From NCBI GenBank assembly GCA_964633995.1, contig CAZWKN010000005.1, positions 920-64,919 of the forward strand: DNA of 64,000 nt, in the 5' to 3' direction. This DNA is from an uncultured Gammaproteobacteria bacterium (GTDB lineage Bacteria > Patescibacteriota > Microgenomatia > CAZETR01 > Amesbacteraceae). The translations under genes and the position numbers were made by a program. The number at the start of each line of letters is the position of its first letter. Positions within the stretch are counted from its first letter, which is position 1. The notes below the pieces were generated by a model. That model saw only the letters and a list, made by a program, of their open reading frames with translations. It made no database searches and was not told the DNA's origin. Shown here in pieces: positions 57,584 to 64,000 of the stretch.

Positions 57584-58900
57584 ATGAACCGTACTTTAAT
57601 TAATCAAACCATCTCAAAAATTGGAGAAACAGTCCTTCTTAAAGGCTGGGTAAACAGTAGGCGGGATCATGGCAAGATCGTTTTTATAGACTTGCGTGAC
57701 AGGACGGGTCTAATGCAGATAGTTTTATCGCCGGAATTAGCCGCCGATCTTCATGTTGAGGATGTTGTCCAAATATCTGGATTAGTCAAAGCCCGGCCTG
57801 AAAAACTAGTTAATCCAAAGCTGGTTTCAGGTACGGTAGAGCTGGAAGCCAAAGAGGTTGTCGTGCTTAGTAAATCAGCCGAATTGCCTTTCGACCTGGG
57901 TCAGGAAACATTGGACCTACAGCTTCCTACCCTTTTGGATTATCGGGCGCTTACTCTCAGGCATCCCAAAGTTCAGGCGATTTTCAAAGTTCAGGAGGTA
58001 GTCATTGATAGCTTTAGAAAAGCGCTACAAGCGAGGGATTTTAGAGAGTTCCAAGCACCAAACATCATTTCCTCGATTCCCGAGGGGGGGGCCGAAGTTT
58101 TTGAGGTCAAATACTTTGACCACAAAGCTTATTTGTCCCAGAGCCCTCAGTTATATAAATCATTGTTAGTAGGGGATTTTGAAAGAGTCTTTAGCGTCAA
58201 CAAAGTTTTTAGGGCCGAACCCAGTGTCACGACCCGTCACCTAACCGAAGTAGTAAGTTTGGACGCAGAATTTGGCTTTTTGGAGTCCTGGTTAGATGTT
58301 TTGGAGATGGAGGAATACGTAGTCAGATTTATCTTTTCAGAAGTAGAAAAAAAGTGTCAGGCTGAGTTGGCATTATTCCAGGCTACCTTGCCCAAATTGG
58401 CAGATAAAATACCGTTGGTGAAACTCAGGGATGCCCAAGAAATAATTCTTCAAAGAACCGGGCGAGATTCCCGACACGAAAAAGATCTTTCACCGGAAGA
58501 CGAACGCGAAATCTGTAGATGGTCACTCGAAGAACATGGGTCTGATCTGGTCTACGTTTCACATTTCTTAACTGCCAAAAAACCTTTTTACATCCAACCA
58601 GATCCGGAAAATCCAGAGTTTGTTTTAAGCGTAGATTTGTTGGGACGAGGGGTAGAATGGTCCAGTGGGGGCCAAAGGCTCAATGATTATGACCACATAC
58701 GAAAAAACATCAAAGAGTGGGGATTAAAAGAGGAAGATGTGGCCATGTATCTTCAAGCATTTAAATATGGCGTGCCTCCTTTGGGGGGTTTTGCCTTGGG
58801 AGCGGAAAGAGTGACCATGCACATTTTGGGTCTACAAAACATTCGTGAAGCCTCTTTGTTTCCCCGCGATATGGAAAGAGTAGACTTCCGACTTTCATGA
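57584..58900 (+). CDS. aspS: Aspartate--tRNA ligase (short, probably non-discriminating type)
   Basis: GWV..RRDHG...FIDLRD, EGGAEVF, LSQSPQLYK, FRAE, SGGQR, PP.GGFALGAER, FPRD. Confidence 0.93.
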   Translation: MNRTLINQTISKIGETVLLKGWVNSRRDHGKIVFIDLRDRTGLMQIVLSPELAADLHVEDVVQISGLVKARPEKLVNPKLVSGTVELEAKEVVVLSKSAELPFDLGQETLDLQLPTLLDYRALTLRHPKVQAIFKVQEVVIDSFRKALQARDFREFQAPNIISSIPEGGAEVFEVKYFDHKAYLSQSPQLYKSLLVGDFERVFSVNKVFRAEPSVTTRHLTEVVSLDAEFGFLESWLDVLEMEEYVVRFIFSEVEKKCQAELALFQATLPKLADKIPLVKLRDAQEIILQRTGRDSRHEKDLSPEDEREICRWSLEEHGSDLVYVSHFLTAKKPFYIQPDPENPEFVLSVDLLGRGVEWSSGGQRLNDYDHIRKNIKEWGLKEEDVAMYLQAFKYGVPPLGGFALGAERVTMHILGLQNIREASLFPRDMERVDFRLS

Positions 58901-59805
58901 CCAAGAAATTTCTTATCCGCAAATTCAAGCTGCTATTTCATAAATCCAAAAAAAAAGATTTTTCTCACCTGGCGGTCTTTTTATTGACGGTTTTAATCGG
59001 TCTAAATCTTTCATCACCATCAAAAATCCCGGTTACTAGGCAGTCGGTTTTAGGGCAATCATCAAAATTTCTCAAAGCCTCGCCACCCGTCGTTTCCGCT
59101 AAAAGCGTTTTTATTCTCGATATAACTTCTGGGGAAGTGGTCTATCAAAAACAAGCAGATTCCGAGGTCTACCCGGCATCCACCACCAAAATGATGACAG
59201 CTGTAATTGCCAAAGAAACTTTCGACCCGAATCAAGTCCTCACCATTTCCCGTCTATATAATCTTGGGAGTCAGGATCTCAAATTGCCGGTAGGCGGGAA
59301 AATTACTATAGAAAAATTGCTGTACGCTCTCCTGGTTTCTTCTTCAAACGATGCGGCCGAAATACTTGCCGAAAATTACCCCGGAGGAAGAACCGCTTTC
59401 GTTGAGGCCATGAATCGCAAGGCTTCGGAACTGTTACTTCACCACACTCATTTTGAAAATCCTACCGGCTTGGACCAAATAAACCATTATTCATCCGCAG
59501 CCGATTTAGCCAGGTTGGCCAAACATCTGATTTCAGTTCCGGAATTAGCCAGGATCGTTGGGACTCAAACCGCCGTCCTTTCCACCGTCGACTTTTCCGG
59601 GGTCTACACGGTCACAAATGTAAACCAGCTGTTGGGTAAAGTGCCTGGCGTTATGGGGGTAAAGACTGGTTTTACAGATTTAGCAGGCCAGGTCTTAGTG
59701 ACTTACGTCAATCGCGAGAACAGACCTCTAATCATTAGTGTCCTGGGCAGTTTAGACCGTTTTTCTGATACCGAATCCCTCATCACCTGGGCCTATTCGC
59801 AATAA
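58897..59805 (+). CDS. D-alanyl-D-alanine carboxypeptidase (peptidase S11)
   Basis: SxxK (ASTTK), SxN (SSND), KTG motifs. Confidence 0.93.
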   Translation: MTKKFLIRKFKLLFHKSKKKDFSHLAVFLLTVLIGLNLSSPSKIPVTRQSVLGQSSKFLKASPPVVSAKSVFILDITSGEVVYQKQADSEVYPASTTKMMTAVIAKETFDPNQVLTISRLYNLGSQDLKLPVGGKITIEKLLYALLVSSSNDAAEILAENYPGGRTAFVEAMNRKASELLLHHTHFENPTGLDQINHYSSAADLARLAKHLISVPELARIVGTQTAVLSTVDFSGVYTVTNVNQLLGKVPGVMGVKTGFTDLAGQVLVTYVNRENRPLIISVLGSLDRFSDTESLITWAYSQ

Positions 59806-60110
59806 CAACTTCTCCACAACCTTGTCCATATCCCTTTCAACTTCATTATTCCAAAATTCCAGTACAACTATGCCAAACGCCTCTAAATATTTTTTTCTGT
59901 AACCATCATATCGATCCCCAATCTTTTTTCCGGACAATAAAAATCCATTACATACCCATTCACGCTGTACTGTCTTCTAAATTTTACCCATAATTGATTG
60001 TTTCGCAATTTTTCCCAAAGCAATTTCTCTGCATTCGTCGATTTTTGTCGTTAATCTCTTCTTCTGGCCTTGAGTTCAGTACGATAATATACTCTTTTTC
60101 TATCGTCCAT
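59806..60110 (-). pseudogene. DUF559 / Vsr-like endonuclease, copy 3, disrupted (3' end approximate)
   Basis: From ATG 60110: MDDRKRVYYRTELKARRRD*RQKSTNAEKLLWEKLR..KFRRQYSVNGYVMDFYCPEKRLGI, with an in-frame TAA at 60051-53 and a frameshifting deletion before YDGYRKKYLEAFG; close paralogue of copy 1. Confidence 0.88.
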
Positions 60111-60136
60111 GCCATAATTTTACTCTTCTTATTTCT

Positions 60137-60304
60137 CCCCTCTCCACAATTGTGGAGAGGGGCAGGCCTGCCTGCCGGCAGGCAGGGGGTGAGGTGGTAC
60201 GCGTGTCGCGGAATTATTGTGAAGTTATGGTTACAGCGTGTGGGCAGGGGGTGAGGTGGTACACACGTCGCGGAACTATTGTGAAGTTATGGTTACAGCA
60301 TTGG
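60137..60304 (+). repeat. Hairpin-tail element copy 11 with nested 20-bp palindrome, plus 62-bp tandem duplication
   Basis: CCCCTCTCCACAATTGTGGAGAGGGG-CAGG[CCTGCCTGCCGGCAGGCAGG]GGGTGAGG; duplicated units start at 60181 and 60243. Confidence 0.92.
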
Positions 60305-60313
60305 GTTTCTACT

Positions 60314-61351
60314 TTATTGTACAAACTTCGCATCCACTGCCTGCACGTATCCCATAAACCCTCCGTCGCCCTCAAATACAAACACGGGTTGTAAAAAATC
60401 CTGGGGGTCGTTGGACTCGTAATATGCCAAACTTGCTCTTCGGACAATAATTTTATTTCCAGCCTTTTTAGCCACATACCCTTCACCCTTCATTAGTTGT
60501 GACCAAGCCAATTCGACCGATTTAAGTGGATATGTCTCAAAACTGGTATCGACCGTGTCAGAGTACTGTGAGTTGGCGGCAATCACTCGTTTAATCCCCG
60601 GAAGCCTAGACAAAACTACACTAACAGGAGATGTGTCACCTCCGGTTGTTACAACCCTCATCTTGTCTTTATCGGCCCTCCAAAGATCAACTCTTGCAAA
60701 ATTAGCCTCGTAAAACGAATCCGTCGGTATCATGGCTGATCCGGTAGCCACCAAGTAAGTTATCTTATATTGCCCGGACCTTAGGTCCTCCTGCAAATAT
60801 CCAATGTTGTTTAAAAATTCCCTGGCCTGCGTCAAAGCCTGATCGCCAGTAGGCACGGCCTTCGTGGTATAGGCCAGTTTATCTGTTGTCCAGTCAAATT
60901 TATAGCTCATGGATCCGGTAATGATGTTACTGACAATGCTGATTGGAGCCCCGGGATAAGCAAACTTATAATTTTGCTCATCCAACATTTCCGGATCTAC
61001 TGTAAAACCTTGGGTTCGAAGCTTGGATTTTATTCTGTCCAGGGTAAGTAATCTGGATTTATTAATTCCCACTACATACACTCGGCCCACGTTTGGTAAT
61101 GCCGGCAACCTTCCGTCAATAGTAATCAAAGAATACTCAGGCGTAGCCTCCGATGCATTTGCCGGAAAAGCAATTTTAGGCAATTTTCCATAACGGGCAG
61201 TCGGTTGTGGCGGTGGAGGGGGGTTAAGTTTTAAGTAATATAATCTGGCTGCCCTAAAAACAAACGGTATTATCGACAGTACAACCACCACCACCGCCCC
61301 CCATTTGATACCCTTGCGGGCAATTACGCTTACCTCAGTCAGTGTTGCCAT
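60314..61351 (-). CDS. Hypothetical membrane-anchored extracytoplasmic protein
   Basis: Real start ATG 61351 (MATLTEVS...), one TM, PPPP linker, YGKLPKIAFP, FLQPVFVFEG. Confidence 0.8.
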   Translation of the reverse strand: MATLTEVSVIARKGIKWGAVVVVVLSIIPFVFRAARLYYLKLNPPPPPQPTARYGKLPKIAFPANASEATPEYSLITIDGRLPALPNVGRVYVVGINKSRLLTLDRIKSKLRTQGFTVDPEMLDEQNYKFAYPGAPISIVSNIITGSMSYKFDWTTDKLAYTTKAVPTGDQALTQAREFLNNIGYLQEDLRSGQYKITYLVATGSAMIPTDSFYEANFARVDLWRADKDKMRVVTTGGDTSPVSVVLSRLPGIKRVIAANSQYSDTVDTSFETYPLKSVELAWSQLMKGEGYVAKKAGNKIIVRRASLAYYESNDPQDFLQPVFVFEGDGGFMGYVQAVDAKFVQ

Positions 61352-61368
61352 GCTAAAATTATAATACC

Positions 61369-62682
61369 ATGATCCGTACTCGTTTTGCCCCATCTCCCAC
61401 CGGTTTTTTGCATATCGGTGGATTACGCACCGCCGTCTATGCATATGCCCTGGCCAAACACTCACAGGGTCAGTTTTTGCTTCGCATCGAAGACACCGAT
61501 CAAAAACGGGAAGTTGCTGGTGCCACCCAAGCTCTCAAGGACACGCTTTTAAAATTTGGTCTTGTCTGGGACGAGTTGTATGTTCAGTCAGACCGGGCCA
61601 AATCCGGGGTTTACAAAGAAGCCGCCGAAAAATTAGTAAAAAATGGTCAGGCCTTTTTCTGTCAGTGTCCCGCCAAAAACGCCAAACTGGATGGGTTTAC
61701 CACCATTCTTAGGGATCCCTGCCGGGACAAAAACTTTACCTCAGGGGCCATTAAGCTCAAGGTTCCCGATGGTCAGATCGTTAAATACCGGGATTTTGTC
61801 CACCGCAAAGAAATTTCCTGGGAGACAAGTAAGGTTTATGACGCCACGCTTTTAAAATCAGACGGCTTTCCCACGTATCATTTGGCAGTGGCCGTAGACG
61901 ATTTAGATATGGGTATTACTCACATCTTAAGAGGTCACGACTGGCTTCCATCGACCCCTATCCATTTATTAGTCTTTTCATATTTAGGTTTCACCCGACC
62001 GGAGATTGGTCATCTTTCGGATATTCTGTCAGTTCAAACCGGCAAGAAACTATCCAAACGTCGCGACTCTGTTTTCGTAGAACAATTTTTAGCCGATGGA
62101 TACTTGCCGGAAGCGCTGTTAAATTTCATCTTTTTATTAGGTTGGGCGCCCAAGGACAACCGGGAATTGTATACGTTAGATGAATTTGTCCAAGCTTTCG
62201 ACCCCAAAGGGTTTCAGGAAGCCAACCCCCATTTCTATTCCGAAAAATTAAATTGGTTCAATGGTCAATACATTCGTCGCAAATCGGATGAAGAGCTAGT
62301 TCAATTAATTAAACCACATTATGCTGATCCAAAACTGCCCCAAATCCTACCTCTTATCAAAGATCGGCTTGTTTCCCTGGCCGATTTCCCAAAACTAGCA
62401 AAAGTGTTTACTGAAAGGCCGGCTGTTTCGGCCGACCCTGCCATGTCTCCCAGTCATCTGACTTTTGCAATCGCAAATATTGATGCTCTATTACGAGGTG
62501 AATTGGTAGAATCTGTAAAATCCCAAGGATGGAAAGTGGGGGATTTCTTTATGTCTCTTCGTCTTGCCATCTGCGGTTCCCGCCAGACCCCTCCGCTTAC
62601 CGAAACCATGCAAATTCTAGGCAAAGAAGAATCGCTCAGCCGTCTCTCCCTGGCATTAAATTTATTAGCAATTCGCAATTAG
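61369..62682 (+). CDS. gltX: Glutamate--tRNA ligase
   Basis: RFAPSPTGFLHIGG, LRIEDTD, PTYHLA, KLSKR, LLGW. Confidence 0.97.
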   Translation: MIRTRFAPSPTGFLHIGGLRTAVYAYALAKHSQGQFLLRIEDTDQKREVAGATQALKDTLLKFGLVWDELYVQSDRAKSGVYKEAAEKLVKNGQAFFCQCPAKNAKLDGFTTILRDPCRDKNFTSGAIKLKVPDGQIVKYRDFVHRKEISWETSKVYDATLLKSDGFPTYHLAVAVDDLDMGITHILRGHDWLPSTPIHLLVFSYLGFTRPEIGHLSDILSVQTGKKLSKRRDSVFVEQFLADGYLPEALLNFIFLLGWAPKDNRELYTLDEFVQAFDPKGFQEANPHFYSEKLNWFNGQYIRRKSDEELVQLIKPHYADPKLPQILPLIKDRLVSLADFPKLAKVFTERPAVSADPAMSPSHLTFAIANIDALLRGELVESVKSQGWKVGDFFMSLRLAICGSRQTPPLTETMQILGKEESLSRLSLALNLLAIRN

Positions 62683-62699
62683 CAATTAGTAATTTTTAG

Positions 62700-63593
62700 A
62701 TGTCTGCCCACACTCTTAACACCTCTCTTTTAAGATCCAGGCTCAAACTCAAAAGCCTTCAGTCGGAATCAATCCTGTCCGCCCATCACCCCCAAGCGGT
62801 TGCGGTTTTAGAATCAGCAGGTATCAGGCCGGGAAAGATTCGTCATCATGCCCAAAAATTGCTTCTCTCCGCAGCCACAGCTGCCTCCATTATTTCATCC
62901 CCTATGCAATCTCTTGCCGCCAACCAGTCAAATCTCCCCGACACTTCCAGGTTCGCACTGGTCTCTTCTTTGGATTTACACGCTGCTATGGCATCGCAAC
63001 TCGCTAGTATTCTTCCTAAAATTGTCCGCCCCCTCCGCCCGGATGAGGAGTCGCAAATTAGTGATCTATTCAAAAAAATATACGGCATAACCGCCACACC
63101 CGAGTTGGATAACAATAGGTTAAATACCGATTATGGACTTATTGGTTTAGAGCAACATTTAGCTAGATTTCCGGGGGATATCGTACCCGATATGGCCCCG
63201 GGGCGAGGTGCCTGGGGTTATTTTGCTCCCTCAAAAGACCAGCTGACCGAAGAGCTAGTGCTTACCGAAAAGTATTATGTTGCAGTTCAGACGCTGTATC
63301 TTCCCGATTGGAATACGAGGTTGGCCTACCTAAGGGATTGGTATAAATACCGTCGGGTAGTGTTGGCAAATCCGAAAAATGGCAAGGTTATAATAGCAGC
63401 GGTAGCCGATTCTGGTCCTGCTGCCTGGACTGGTAAACATTTTGGTGGCAGTCCCGAGGTTATGGAATACTTGCACATGAAAGACGGCCGTCAAAAAGGA
63501 CCGGTCGTCCTATTCTTTTTAGATGATCCGAAAAATCAGGTTCCGTTGGGCCCAGTGGAGTACAATTTAGCAAAAGGACTTCCAATCATATGA
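62700..63593 (+). CDS. Hypothetical protein (possible double-psi-barrel cell-wall domain)
   Basis: 297 aa; NPKNGK..IAAVADSGP resembles RlpA-like barrels (inference). Confidence 0.6.
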   Translation: MSAHTLNTSLLRSRLKLKSLQSESILSAHHPQAVAVLESAGIRPGKIRHHAQKLLLSAATAASIISSPMQSLAANQSNLPDTSRFALVSSLDLHAAMASQLASILPKIVRPLRPDEESQISDLFKKIYGITATPELDNNRLNTDYGLIGLEQHLARFPGDIVPDMAPGRGAWGYFAPSKDQLTEELVLTEKYYVAVQTLYLPDWNTRLAYLRDWYKYRRVVLANPKNGKVIIAAVADSGPAAWTGKHFGGSPEVMEYLHMKDGRQKGPVVLFFLDDPKNQVPLGPVEYNLAKGLPII

Positions 63594-63937
63594 GTCACAT
63601 TTTTTATGATCACTTAGTCAATCGGCACGAACTAACAGCCGAGATTGATAACTATGAATTAGAAGCCGAAGATCGGCAGGAGTTGTTGGATTTGATAGAT
63701 GAAACTCTTCACCATCACATTCTAAATGTCATATTAAATCATCTCCCTAAAGATCATCATGTCGAGTTTATGATCCTATTAAAAACCGCCCCGCACGATC
63801 CCCAGATCTTGGAGTTTGTTAAATCCAAAATTACGATCGATATCGAATTAGAGATATCTACACAAGCAACCAAGGTAAAAAAAGATATCATAACCGAGAT
63901 TACCAAATCCCGTCTCAAAAAACCTCTTCGCAAATGA
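63590..63937 (+). CDS. Hypothetical helical protein
   Basis: 115-aa ORF coupled to the previous gene (ATGA overlap). Confidence 0.7.
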   Translation: MSHIFYDHLVNRHELTAEIDNYELEAEDRQELLDLIDETLHHHILNVILNHLPKDHHVEFMILLKTAPHDPQILEFVKSKITIDIELEISTQATKVKKDIITEITKSRLKKPLRK

Positions 63938-64000
63938 GAAACAGTGCCCGTTCTTTAGCAGTTTTATCACTGGAAATTCTGTTGGGGATTCTTATTACCG
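63934..64000 (+). CDS. Start of next gene (3'-truncated by window edge)
   Basis: ATGA overlap; MRNSARSLAVLSLEILLGILIT resembles a signal peptide/TM. Confidence 0.5.
   Translation, partial: MRNSARSLAVLSLEILLGILIT

Noticed and set aside
59994-60486. ORFs 59994..60254, 60152..60394, 60214..60486 (and 47225..47437, 56785..56967)
   Set aside because: Translations of repeat DNA, with no start signals or family resemblance
1-64000. Alternative genetic code (TGA recoding)
   Set aside because: rpoC, rpoA, rplM and aspS end at TGA at expected lengths, and conserved genes have no internal TGA

Overview
A 64-kb, gene-dense, mostly + strand stretch of housekeeping genes. It is most consistent with a Patescibacteria/CPR (Microgenomates-like) genome using genetic code 11; this is inferred from the truncated IF2 and AlaRS, protease-less Lon, pilin-like protein, FtsA-like/baseplate-J protein and many apparently leaderless genes. 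It carries dnaJ (partial), nusA-infB, rpsO-pnp, rnj-ftsK, alaS, rpoBC, an unusual rpsL-rpsG-rpsD-rpoA-rplQ-rplM-rpsI junction, tRNA-Pro(GGG), recA-recX-rny-hup, six ABC-2 permeases sharing one ATPase, miaA, RNase P RNA, secDF, ddl, cca, recJ, aspS and gltX. The most striking signal lies at 43.8-60.3 kb. Three DUF559 (Vsr-like) endonuclease genes, one of them a pseudogene, are each coupled to a ~40-bp hairpin-plus-GGGGTGAG-tail element. I count 11 co-oriented copies of this element. Three sit in frame inside recJ and miaA, two supply stop codons, one supplies the likely aspS RBS, three carry a nested 20/21-bp palindrome, and local tandem duplications occur beside each nuclease gene. Also seen are a compact Asp T-box-like leader upstream of aspS, a back-to-back unassigned riboswitch-like RNA, in-frame heptamer tracts, and a non-canonical RNAP trigger loop. 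All calls come from manual reading and motif recognition; no searches were run.
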